Positions 26,180-35,002 of a stretch of 42,539 bases of DNA are shown here, one piece after another. The DNA is from a virus (taxonomy: Duplodnaviria > Caudoviricetes): the IMG/VR virus record IMGVR_UViG_3300037575_000008, positions 1-42,539 of that record, one strand, 5' to 3'. The notes below the pieces were generated by a model. It had not been told where the DNA came from. It was given only the letters and a program-made list of their open reading frames with translations, and made no database searches. Position 1 is the first letter of the stretch; each line of letters opens with the position of its first letter. Both the position numbers and the translations under genes were made by a program.

Positions 26180-28048
26180 CTATTCTTGTTCCTCTTGCTT
26201 CGAGCGCTCAGATTGAGCGATCGCGTTCAGCGCTGTCTGTGCGTCAAGCAAAGCTTTCTCAAACTGGGTTGAGCCTTTTGGAACAGAGGCAAGCCTTAGT
26301 AAAGAGTCACGAACGGGCGCAGATTCGTACAGCCTTGCTATACCTCCTACTGTCCCCCCTGTTAGGACTGTTGATCCTAAGTCTGTAGCCGCAGCTGCTA
26401 AAGTACCCGCACCTAAAACCTGTTGACCTGTGGGTGTTGTTACTGCTGCATCTTGCGCTCTACGTGTTGCATCTAGTAAGCGCTGCAAGCCTTCCAACTG
26501 CTTACGCTCTTGACCTTTAAAGAATGTATTAATCTGCGGTTGAAACTTCTTCATTTCAGTAGCGAATGCGTTTGGAGTCATGCCACCAGCACGCTTCGAT
26601 ACATTGTCAACAATAGTTGAAACGATAGCGGCACGAGCATTCTGCTTACCTGATTGCGTCATACTGTTATAAGCAAGCTTTAACTCACTTGGATTCTTGC
26701 TCATAATCAACTGCTTGACTGACTCTGGCGTTACGTCACCTTTATCAAGAACGTTTTTAAGTTTTGACTTTTTAAGTGTCTCAGCTTGGTCTGCATAAAT
26801 CTTGTTAGCTTTCTTCCATGATGCAAATTCTTTAGGTGTTAAGTTTGTATTGGCGAATGATTCCATATCGTCAGACATAGCTTTATTTACCTGCTGCAGT
26901 AAAGCTTTTGCTCTTGACGGTAACTGTGAGCGCTCAGCCTTGTCAGCACCTGCGATAATGTCTCTAAACGCGGTGCGGTTTTCTTTTAGGCTGGTGAATG
27001 TTTGCGGCGCTTCATCGAATGCGCTAACCAGCTTTGACAGGTCATTAATCGCACCCTCTGACCTGATTACTCCCTCTTTGCCTAGCTCAGCCTTAACTTG
27101 ATCGATAATCTCACGCGTATTGGTAAGCGGAATTTCACCAACCTCGTCTAGTTTGTTACCCGTCGATTCTAGTGTTCGTCCCGCAGCGCCCTTTACTCTG
27201 CCTTGTTGCGCTTTCATAGAGTCAAGGATTGCTTTGTAGCTAAATGTGCCGTATTTATCTGCTAACTCTTGAACAGCCTGATTTCTAAAATCCTGCTGAA
27301 TCTCACGCGCTGCACCTGTGCCAGCTAACGGAATCTTCTCAGCCGTTTGCTGCGCCATCTTTCCTGCAAAAGTAGTGGGCGGCAATACATCGCTAGTCAT
27401 TACAGGTACACCCTGTTTAGCGCCTTGCTCTACAACATCGCTTGCAGGTGTTCCGCGCAAATATCGGTAAACATTACCAATAACATTCTCACCAGCCTTG
27501 AATGCGCCACCTAAAGCCCCAGCAATCAACGAATCTTCCGCTTGAATATCTTCACCACCTAAAGCCTGCTCGACTAAATCACCAGCACCTTGTGTTAGCG
27601 CGTTAGCACCCACCGAACCGGCAATGGTTGATGCTCTACCTGCGGGGCTGAATTGCAAGAACTTGGCTAGACCTCTAGCAACGTCAGTCGCGGAAAAGCC
27701 CTCCTGATTTAGCACATAGTCACCGCTTGGCAGTGTCACAACCTGTTTGCCGCCAACATTACGAATCTGCGCGTCATCACCAAACTGTTGTTTGATAATC
27801 TGAGCAGCTGATGCGTCATCGTCAGCCAGCAAGAACCCCAAGCCAGCCTTAAACGCTGGCAGTGAAGCTTCGTTCAACTCTGGCGCTCTTGCTATTTCAG
27901 TTAGCGTTGAGGTGTCGATTTCTGGTTCCATACCAAAATCTTCACGCGTAGCCAATCCAGCACCAATGGCTTTCATGGCGATTTCGTCTTTGCTAGCGCC
28001 CTCTGGCACTCCCTCGATAACTTTTCCGTTTGGTAGCGTTACATTCAT
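26180..28048 (-). CDS. DNA ejection protein (P22 gp16-like)
   Basis: Size, position and helical Ala/Gln/Lys composition; ARLYESAPVRD.LL C-terminus. Confidence 0.75.
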   Translation of the reverse strand: MNVTLPNGKVIEGVPEGASKDEIAMKAIGAGLATREDFGMEPEIDTSTLTEIARAPELNEASLPAFKAGLGFLLADDDASAAQIIKQQFGDDAQIRNVGGKQVVTLPSGDYVLNQEGFSATDVARGLAKFLQFSPAGRASTIAGSVGANALTQGAGDLVEQALGGEDIQAEDSLIAGALGGAFKAGENVIGNVYRYLRGTPASDVVEQGAKQGVPVMTSDVLPPTTFAGKMAQQTAEKIPLAGTGAAREIQQDFRNQAVQELADKYGTFSYKAILDSMKAQQGRVKGAAGRTLESTGNKLDEVGEIPLTNTREIIDQVKAELGKEGVIRSEGAINDLSKLVSAFDEAPQTFTSLKENRTAFRDIIAGADKAERSQLPSRAKALLQQVNKAMSDDMESFANTNLTPKEFASWKKANKIYADQAETLKKSKLKNVLDKGDVTPESVKQLIMSKNPSELKLAYNSMTQSGKQNARAAIVSTIVDNVSKRAGGMTPNAFATEMKKFQPQINTFFKGQERKQLEGLQRLLDATRRAQDAAVTTPTGQQVLGAGTLAAAATDLGSTVLTGGTVGGIARLYESAPVRDSLLRLASVPKGSTQFEKALLDAQTALNAIAQSERSKQEEQE

Positions 28049-29133
28049 AGGTCAGCCCAATTAACTGTACTCGTTTCACTCTGCTGCGCCTCTGGCTCAA
28101 CACCCATTTGCTTTCTCGCCCTTTCTTTAGCTACCGTGAAATAGTCTCTAATGCTTTGCAGCGAGCGTTTAAATGCATCTTCCTTCATATCTCTGTTTAA
28201 AGAAGAAATGGCAGATTCAAGCTTTGCACCTTCTGCGTTCGATAAAGCACCCATTCCTTTCATTTGGCCTATTTCATTCAAGAAAGACTGGCTTTTAAGA
28301 GTATCTATCAGACCGATAGTTTCTTGCGCCTCAGACCCTGGCAGTTGGTCAATGAATGGCATTCTAGCACCAACCGCAGCACTAAAGCCGGGCGAGCTTT
28401 CAATCTTATTGATTGTGTTAAGTGCATTATCGAATCTTGCGATAGTGCTTTCTTGCTGTGCCACTGTATCGCGACTTTTCTGCTCTTGCGCTGATTTGTT
28501 AGCTTTAAGCTTTGCCTCTAACTCTTGACGCTTTAATTCGTTAGTTTCTCGCGCAATCTGACGGTCAAGGTTTCGTTGCTCCACCTCTAAACGGCGTAAT
28601 TCGTTAGCCTCTTTCTTGATATCAATATCAGCTTGTTCTTTTTCGGTTAGCCCTTTGCCACCCTGCAACATGCCAATCTGTTCTTTGTTGAGGTATCGCC
28701 CTGCAATCATGTTTGCATAACCGTCACGTTGCGATGGGTCCATTGCAAGTAAATCATCATCAATACTAAACGGCGTTTGGCTTGCCGTCTTTTGCAAAAA
28801 CGCGTCACGCTGGTCTGATGGTGTAGTTAAATATTGCTCTAACCATCCGCCGACTTGTTGCGCTTGCTGTTCATCTTGGATGCCCAAGCCCTTATCAATT
28901 TGCGCGGCATACTCTGGCGCTTCAACCCATAACTGTTGTGAGGCTGTTAAATCACCTTGCATGGCCTTAGTGCCTAAATCCTTAAGCATGGCTTGACGCT
29001 CTTGCTGCTGCTTAAGTTGCGCTTCTTCTTGGTCGCGCACTCGCTTCTGATCAATGCCTGTAAAAACCTTGTCAGCTTGTTGACCTAAATCTAAGCCGCC
29101 TAATGGAGATACATAAAAAGGATTTCCATTCAT
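28045..29133 (-). CDS. DNA ejection protein (P22 gp20-like)
   Basis: Position; coiled coil; MKGMGALSNAEG motif. Confidence 0.75.
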   Translation of the reverse strand: MNGNPFYVSPLGGLDLGQQADKVFTGIDQKRVRDQEEAQLKQQQERQAMLKDLGTKAMQGDLTASQQLWVEAPEYAAQIDKGLGIQDEQQAQQVGGWLEQYLTTPSDQRDAFLQKTASQTPFSIDDDLLAMDPSQRDGYANMIAGRYLNKEQIGMLQGGKGLTEKEQADIDIKKEANELRRLEVEQRNLDRQIARETNELKRQELEAKLKANKSAQEQKSRDTVAQQESTIARFDNALNTINKIESSPGFSAAVGARMPFIDQLPGSEAQETIGLIDTLKSQSFLNEIGQMKGMGALSNAEGAKLESAISSLNRDMKEDAFKRSLQSIRDYFTVAKERARKQMGVEPEAQQSETSTVNWADL

Positions 29134-29882
29134 TACACAATCCCCGCATAGTTAACTGTTTTGTAACCTTCGCGCTGACCAACTAATTCAGGCTTAACCT
29201 GCTCGACTTCTTGAGCCAATACGCCTTGTGATTCGCCGCTAAGGCCAAGTTTTTCAGCAACATCATTCCACGTCCACGAATACCAGTTGAAGCCGTTAAC
29301 GCGACCAACTTTTTTGATGTTAGTCTTGAGTCTTTCGTCAGAGAATAAGCCACCAAGAATTGATGTGCCAAGATTGAGCATATTACCCAAGCCAGCCTGT
29401 TGCGCTTGACCTTGTGCAACGATACCTTGCGCGGTCGTGTTGCCGATAGTGTTTAACTGATTAGCCACGCCTGCTGTGTTTGGTTGGTAGCCTGCCAGTT
29501 GACCTAAGCCACCAAGTTGCTGCCCGATTGCGCTGTTGAGCACATTCTGACTGTTAGCCGCTAGTGCGTTTTGTGTTGTGCCGCTGCGCAGGCCACCAGT
29601 TGCCGCCGCGTTGCGTAACACTGCTTCTTCGCCCTGCCCTAGCATGGATGTGTAATACGGCGATTGCATGGCTGAATCTATCAACCCTTGCTGGTTGCCG
29701 CCGTAGTAATCCATTAAGCCAGTTAAGCCAAACTGTTGCGCTTCAAGTAATGGCGCTTGGCTTTGCTTAAGGTAGTTTAAAGCTTCGCGTTGAAGCCCTA
29801 TTGCTGCATCGGATGATTTGGCCGCTGTATCAGCCGCCGTTTTACCCGTTATGCCATCCCAAATATCGCCTACAAAACTCAT
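29133..29882 (-). CDS. DNA ejection protein (P22 gp7-like) fused to a peptidase S74 intramolecular chaperone
   Basis: GEEAVLRNAAATGGLRSG (gp7); SDERLKTNI...GVLAQEV...VNY (S74). Confidence 0.8.
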   Translation of the reverse strand: MSFVGDIWDGITGKTAADTAAKSSDAAIGLQREALNYLKQSQAPLLEAQQFGLTGLMDYYGGNQQGLIDSAMQSPYYTSMLGQGEEAVLRNAAATGGLRSGTTQNALAANSQNVLNSAIGQQLGGLGQLAGYQPNTAGVANQLNTIGNTTAQGIVAQGQAQQAGLGNMLNLGTSILGGLFSDERLKTNIKKVGRVNGFNWYSWTWNDVAEKLGLSGESQGVLAQEVEQVKPELVGQREGYKTVNYAGIV

Positions 29883-30232
29883 TTTGTTTTCACCATTACT
29901 TTAGCTGTGCCGTATTCAAACTCAAAATCACCTGCATCGGTGAAGCCAAGTTTGCGGCAAAGGTTAATCACTGATTGACGTTTTAAGTCAACCGTTGCTA
30001 TGACCATCTTACACCATTCGAAGGTGTTAAGCATGTAATAACAGTACCGCTTACACGCCTCTCTTAGGTTTGTCATATTCTCTTGTTTACAGCCTACGTG
30101 CGTCACTACTGCCCCGCCACGCTTAACCGCAGAAAAAACAACACCACCAAAACTGTAATAGCTTGCATGTTTTTCGGTTTCACGCCCGAACACCTCAACA
30201 AATTGTTCTTTGTCGATTATAACGCAATCCAT
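29879..30232 (-). CDS. P22 gp14-like (GNAT-fold) head assembly protein
   Basis: Position; SVINLCRKLGF. Confidence 0.6.
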   Translation of the reverse strand: MDCVIIDKEQFVEVFGRETEKHASYYSFGGVVFSAVKRGGAVVTHVGCKQENMTNLREACKRYCYYMLNTFEWCKMVIATVDLKRQSVINLCRKLGFTDAGDFEFEYGTAKVMVKTK

Positions 30233-30519
30233 CCGGTATTTTCTCCGTAGGTTGGGTTGTAGTGTAGTTGGTTAACGTCAGTGTCTATGTATAGAAGGGA
30301 GTAGTTAGCGGCCACAACGCCGTTAGGGTCTCCGCTGCCAGATAACGGGCTAAACTCACCGCCATTAATCGCCACCAGTAACGCGCTAACGGCATTTATT
30401 AAATTCTTATAGTCACGCTTTAGTTGAAAGTAATCTTCGTCCTTGACGCCCTTCTGAGCGCTTGCAATGTCGCCAAGCGTGAGAAGCTTTTGCATGGATG
30501 ATGGGATGTTATCTATCAT
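30217..30519 (-). CDS. Short tail needle/plug (gp26 position)
   Basis: EDY motif, short helix, GSGDPNGVV knob. Confidence 0.55.
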   Translation of the reverse strand: MIDNIPSSMQKLLTLGDIASAQKGVKDEDYFQLKRDYKNLINAVSALLVAINGGEFSPLSGSGDPNGVVAANYSLLYIDTDVNQLHYNPTYGENTGWIAL

Positions 30520-31900
30520 TAATGGTTAGCCCTGAAAATGCCATTTTGCTTTTGCTAATAAACCTAAAGCGCATGCTGAAAGACTGCGCCACGTAACCCA
30601 AACGACGCACAATGTAGTTCGTGTTGTAGTTGTCAGGCTTGCTCACTACCGTCCAATGCTCCTCACCCCATGTTACTGCATCGTATGACATAGACATGGC
30701 AACGCTGATTGCAGGGTCAGAGTAACCCGCTATGGTATCAAGCTGAATCTGGTTAATGCTCACACGCTTGGCGGGAATAATCGGTGTATAAATTAACGCC
30801 TCTTGCGCTTCGTCATACTGTGCGAAACTTTGTTGGTCAAGATAGCCAAGCTTATTCTCTAACCTGTCGCCGTACACCCATTTACTGATGCGTGGGTCAA
30901 ACACGCCATAGATGCCGCGCCATGTGTCATTTTCGTTAGTCTTTAAAAATGTCCATGCTGCCGCTATACCCTGCTGCTGTCCGACTGTGTGGTTGTATAG
31001 CAGTGTATGTCGTGGTAAGTGAACAATTAAAAACTTGTCGCGGTCAACGGTTCTATCTTCTAGCACTGCGCCGGACAGTTCGCTTTCTGTGTACTCGCCT
31101 AGAATCTTATCAATTTCACGCGTCGCAATTGTCGCCTCATTCGCACCATTTAAAATGTGAATAGACGGACTTTCATCTTTTCGCCCACCTAGAATGAATA
31201 TCATTCCGTCAAGAAAACATTTACAGTGAGTGCCAACAATGCCTATGCGGTTTGATTTACCCGGGATAACTTGGAGCGGTGACGCATTAACATCGCTGTT
31301 AGCATTAAAGTAAAAGTATTCAGTCGAATAGCGGTTAAACGCCACAATCTGATTACTGTCGGTGCGCAATAAGCCTTTAATCGGGTCAGACGCAAACTCG
31401 CTAGACACGTAATCTAATACGCGGATTTCGGTTTCGTCTTGTAGGTCGGTATTGAATAGGTATTCGCCATCTGTCATTACGTAGATGCCGCTAAACCAAG
31501 TGATATCAATTGGCACACCTAAGTTTGGGCTTGTTACCTCCTGCAATCCTGCCGCGTCATAAAGGTAATAGCGACCACCTGCCACAATAGCAAGACTGTT
31601 AAACGACTCGGCAAAAGATACCGTGCCTTGACCTGCAATAGAGCCAAGGTTAGTTACTGCGCCATCGGTTGCAATGCTTTCAAGGTTGTTGCCAGACACA
31701 CGAAAATGCTTATTGAGGCGCTCATTGAAGTAACCACCTCTAGCTGTGCCGCTTGTTTGTGCAAACTCGGTTAACCCGTCATGCGCTAGCAAATAACCAG
31801 TATCACCCTCTATCTGTGACACAACCGCTGTCATATTCACGGGCAGGTTGTCGCGATAATCGTACTTGCTTTTGCGCTGACCTTTGATTAGTGTGATCAA
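30509..31900 (-). CDS. Tail hub / DNA stabilisation protein (P22 gp10-like)
   Basis: KG...DYRDNLPVNM N-terminus; beta-propeller character. Confidence 0.85.
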   Translation of the reverse strand: MITLIKGQRKSKYDYRDNLPVNMTAVVSQIEGDTGYLLAHDGLTEFAQTSGTARGGYFNERLNKHFRVSGNNLESIATDGAVTNLGSIAGQGTVSFAESFNSLAIVAGGRYYLYDAAGLQEVTSPNLGVPIDITWFSGIYVMTDGEYLFNTDLQDETEIRVLDYVSSEFASDPIKGLLRTDSNQIVAFNRYSTEYFYFNANSDVNASPLQVIPGKSNRIGIVGTHCKCFLDGMIFILGGRKDESPSIHILNGANEATIATREIDKILGEYTESELSGAVLEDRTVDRDKFLIVHLPRHTLLYNHTVGQQQGIAAAWTFLKTNENDTWRGIYGVFDPRISKWVYGDRLENKLGYLDQQSFAQYDEAQEALIYTPIIPAKRVSINQIQLDTIAGYSDPAISVAMSMSYDAVTWGEEHWTVVSKPDNYNTNYIVRRLGYVAQSFSMRFRFISKSKMAFSGLTINDR

Positions 31901-32617
31901 TTATACAGTCCTCACCGTTACCCACACTTTTTCAAGGTTAACCCTGCCTAGCGTGGTTGTGATTTTTACTACAAGTGAATTTGTGCCAGCGCTAACGCCA
32001 GTTATCACCAACTCAACACCGTCTAACGCCTCGGTTAACTGGCTTGTTTGCGTGATGCCGCCGCTAACCTCTTGGATTTCAAATGTCGATATGGTTTCGC
32101 CGCTAGTTAAGAAGATACCAAAGTCAACCGTTAGCGGATAAGTCTCACCAACATCAATTTGCACGGTATCGCAATCAATAGGCGCTCTGTTGTCACCACC
32201 ATAGTAACGCGACCAAACACCCATTCGAGCAGTGTTTCCACTTCCTCGCGGCATTGTGCGTGGTTGTACGTTTTGGCGCGGCATTGTTTGCTTGCCTATC
32301 ATGCTTGACCATGCTTGCGCGGCTTGACGTTGTAGCGTTGCACTTGGCTCTATGCCGTAATCAGAACAAAGCAGCAAGCCTAAGCGCGACTGGATAGCGT
32401 GATACCACATAGGGTCAACCTTGCTGTCAGTGCCTAAGCATGGCTCGTCTTCGTATTCGTAATTGATGCAAGCGTTTTTACTTTGCAATTCGCGCATCAT
32501 ATCCTCAAGCGTTTCCACTGCGCCCGCAAGTTCGTCACCTGTGGGTTGTGTGGTTATGCCTGAGATTTTAGCCTTTCGAAAAGCCGCAGCAACTAACTCG
32601 CCTTTAGTCTTGCTCAT
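31901..32617 (-). CDS. Head-tail adaptor (P22 gp4-like) with an extra C-terminal Ig-like domain
   Basis: TKGELV.AA.RK, LEDMM, MPRGSGN; about 90 extra aa. Confidence 0.85.
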   Translation of the reverse strand: MSKTKGELVAAAFRKAKISGITTQPTGDELAGAVETLEDMMRELQSKNACINYEYEDEPCLGTDSKVDPMWYHAIQSRLGLLLCSDYGIEPSATLQRQAAQAWSSMIGKQTMPRQNVQPRTMPRGSGNTARMGVWSRYYGGDNRAPIDCDTVQIDVGETYPLTVDFGIFLTSGETISTFEIQEVSGGITQTSQLTEALDGVELVITGVSAGTNSLVVKITTTLGRVNLEKVWVTVRTV

Positions 32618-32849
32618 TGAGTTTCTTCTTCAAAGTGTCAATCTTTGCGGTTTTCCAGTTTGAGATACCAGCCTCTTTCGCTGCTTCTCGCACTTCCTCG
32701 TTGCTGAGTTTGCCCGTTTCATTTGAGTCAGCATCAGCTAATTCAGGGCTTGCAAAGTAACCGTCTTGAAGTAATGCATGGACGCGCACTGCGTCTACTC
32801 GAAATTCCTTTACTTCACCGTCAACGCGTTTGTATAAGATTGCGCTCAT
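32604..32849 (-). CDS. Small protein downstream of coat (Rho-N/HeH-like C-terminus)
   Basis: EVREAAKEAGI....KIDTLKKKL; GAGG RBS. Confidence 0.7.
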   Translation of the reverse strand: MSAILYKRVDGEVKEFRVDAVRVHALLQDGYFASPELADADSNETGKLSNEEVREAAKEAGISNWKTAKIDTLKKKLNEQD

Positions 32850-32857
32850 AGTAGCCT

Positions 32858-32897
32858 CACTGGTCGGATATGTTTTGTGTTATTAGTGTACTACAAT
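32858..32897 (+). promoter_or_regulatory. FadR-type box (32858-32874) with -10 TACAAT driving moron 1
   Basis: CACTGGTCGGATATGTT, 17 nt, TACAAT. Confidence 0.7.
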
Positions 32898-32928
32898 TCG
32901 CTTGAAATTAACAAATAGGAGATTAGCA

Positions 32929-33276
32929 ATGCCTTGTAACAGCGATTACATGCAACCAACGCAAAAAGAAATTAATAGCGTACACGTAATATCATTACTA
33001 GATGAAGCCGGGCTGCTTAACAAAGAAGATTACAATAAAACTTATGGCGACGTGCAAAAACTTGATTACCACGTATCACTTTTGTGTAGCCATTTACAGG
33101 AGGTTGATGTAAAAAAATACAGTTTAGAAATGCAAATATGGCATCGCGACCACGTAAAAGCAGACAAAGAGCGTGTAGAAAACGAGGTTAAGCAAGCTAA
33201 CACTGAAAAGGAAAAGCAAGTTGCTTTAAGCAAGCTAACCGATTACGAAAAGAAACTTTTAGGAATTAACAAATAG
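32929..33276 (+). CDS. Moron 1 gene a (MPCNSDYM family; start revised)
   Basis: AGGAG RBS; C-terminal ALSKLTDYEKKLLG. Confidence 0.75.
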   Translation: MPCNSDYMQPTQKEINSVHVISLLDEAGLLNKEDYNKTYGDVQKLDYHVSLLCSHLQEVDVKKYSLEMQIWHRDHVKADKERVENEVKQANTEKEKQVALSKLTDYEKKLLGINK

Positions 33277-33280
33277 GAGA

Positions 33281-33679
33281 TTGGTTGTGATAAAAAGCAT
33301 AATAGACTTTCACGTTGACATGGTGGAGGATGGCTGGCTTGGCAGAATTATATTCTGCTTTGTCATTCTTTTATATATGTTTATTTCTCTTTTTATTTTT
33401 CAGGTCATAGATTCAGGTCTAGGAGAAAGTGCCATGATGGATGGTAGAGTTGTAGGCAAAGAGCATACACCTGGACACATGCAAACAACATGGTCTGGCA
33501 AGACCGCAATTACAACGTGGATTCCTGATGCTTATTACGTCGACGCTTATTTCCATGATATAGATAAAACATTATCGTGTAGCGTAAGTGAAAGTGCTTA
33601 CGAGATGACAGATTATACGTCAAGCATTACCGCTTCAATTAGTAACGGGTATTTTACTGATACTTATTACTGTGAATAA
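33281..33679 (+). CDS. Moron 1 gene b, membrane-anchored exported protein
   Basis: N-terminal TM then an OB-like beta region. Confidence 0.7.
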   Translation: MVVIKSIIDFHVDMVEDGWLGRIIFCFVILLYMFISLFIFQVIDSGLGESAMMDGRVVGKEHTPGHMQTTWSGKTAITTWIPDAYYVDAYFHDIDKTLSCSVSESAYEMTDYTSSITASISNGYFTDTYYCE

Positions 33680-33709
33680 AAAACCCCGCACTTAGGCGGG
33701 GTTTCTTTT
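33678..33709. terminator. Bidirectional intrinsic terminator after coat and moron 1
   Basis: AAACCCCGC-acttag-GCGGGGTTT flanked by A and T runs. Confidence 0.85.
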
Positions 33710-33722
33710 ATCTACTACTAAC

Positions 33723-35000
33723 TTAGTAAGTGGTTGCAACACCTGCACGGCTTGGGTCTTTCATGGTCAACCCGTACCATACGAATGTACGGTAGCGTAG
33801 CTGCAGGTTAGCGATGTTAGCATCGTAAACCATATACATGTTAAGACCGTTAGACAGCGGCTGTGAAATTACTTTCATGCCGTCTAAGTCGCCAAGCATT
33901 TTCATAGGCACTTCACCACCAACCACTTCAATCGCGTCTTTATCCCAGAATAGGTTAGCACGAGCAGAAGCGTCAGTGTTTACGCGGTTGATAGTTGCAC
34001 CACTTGTGATGGTGGTATCAACGTTTGCGTAAGACTTTTCAAGCGTAGATAGTGAGCCATCATCTAGCGCGATAGGCTTAGGCATGATAGTCATGCTTGT
34101 TGCATCTGGTTTAGCTACAACAGTAAATGTCATTGCTTGACCAGTGTTGACCTTGTCAGCTAGACCAACTGCTTTGATGGTTGTACCACCGTTTGCGATA
34201 GTGATTTTGTCACCTACATTGTAACCGCCAGAAGCTACCACTGGGATGGTTGCTTTACGGTAATCCACGTTATCTACGTCATAAGTGTCAGCCGCTACCG
34301 TACCACCCTCAGGCTTAAAGCTTACTGCCGCTGTGGTAGTGGTTGCAGGGTCTACGCCACCAACGATGTTAGGCAAGAATGAGCCAGTGTACAAATCAAA
34401 CTCAGCAACGTTAGAGCCGATTTGACCAGTCTGCCATGTATCAGCCGGACGACCACGTAAAGTTTCACGACCTGCCAACTCTGAACCGAATTTGCGGTTG
34501 TCACGGTCATTCAGTACAAAACAACGCTGTGTGTGTTTACCTTGACGCTCGTTCATAATGGCTTGTGCTTCACTTACGAAATCAAAGCCAGAAATAACGT
34601 CACTACGGTAGTGTAGAGAGCCGCTAGTTGCAATCAGGTTAGCAATTGACTTATTAAGTTCAGTTGCTTGCTGACGGCCAGAAGTTCGACCTGCATCTTC
34701 CCAGTAGTGCTTGTCGCGCATGTTATCAACACGAACAGATACAAAATCGTTTTTCGGTGTGCCAAGGTAAGCAGGGTATGCTTCTTCGATAATGCCAGTC
34801 TCTTGACCTGTTAAATCCCAACCTTCAATGATTGGACGGTGCTGTTCTTTCGGGCGCCAAATAACGTTACTAGCATTTTGCATAGTACCACCCTCAGGGG
34901 TGAATACCTGCGTCTTGTCGATAAGCATCGTTTGGTCTTCATAAGTTTCAAGCTGCTGCTCGAATAGTGTTTCTGCTACTTTGTTTGCCGTGATAGGCAT
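33723..35000 (-). CDS. Major capsid protein (P22 gp5-like; start revised to MPITANK)
   Basis: NVIWRP.EQ, G..KNDF, ANLFW.KDAIE..G, VWYG; follows scaffold. Confidence 0.9.
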   Translation of the reverse strand: MPITANKVAETLFEQQLETYEDQTMLIDKTQVFTPEGGTMQNASNVIWRPKEQHRPIIEGWDLTGQETGIIEEAYPAYLGTPKNDFVSVRVDNMRDKHYWEDAGRTSGRQQATELNKSIANLIATSGSLHYRSDVISGFDFVSEAQAIMNERQGKHTQRCFVLNDRDNRKFGSELAGRETLRGRPADTWQTGQIGSNVAEFDLYTGSFLPNIVGGVDPATTTTAAVSFKPEGGTVAADTYDVDNVDYRKATIPVVASGGYNVGDKITIANGGTTIKAVGLADKVNTGQAMTFTVVAKPDATSMTIMPKPIALDDGSLSTLEKSYANVDTTITSGATINRVNTDASARANLFWDKDAIEVVGGEVPMKMLGDLDGMKVISQPLSNGLNMYMVYDANIANLQLRYRTFVWYGLTMKDPSRAGVATTY

Positions 35001-35002
35001 AA

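Noticed and set aside
26149-26388. Plus-strand hydrophobic 79-aa ORF as a superinfection-exclusion moron
   Set aside because: It is almost wholly antisense to gp16 and has no RBS; probably a shadow ORF.
28809-28825. FadR-like 17-mer CGCTGGTCTGATGGTGT and other CTGGTC hits in coding DNA
   Set aside because: They lie inside genes with no linked -10 and are compatible with chance.
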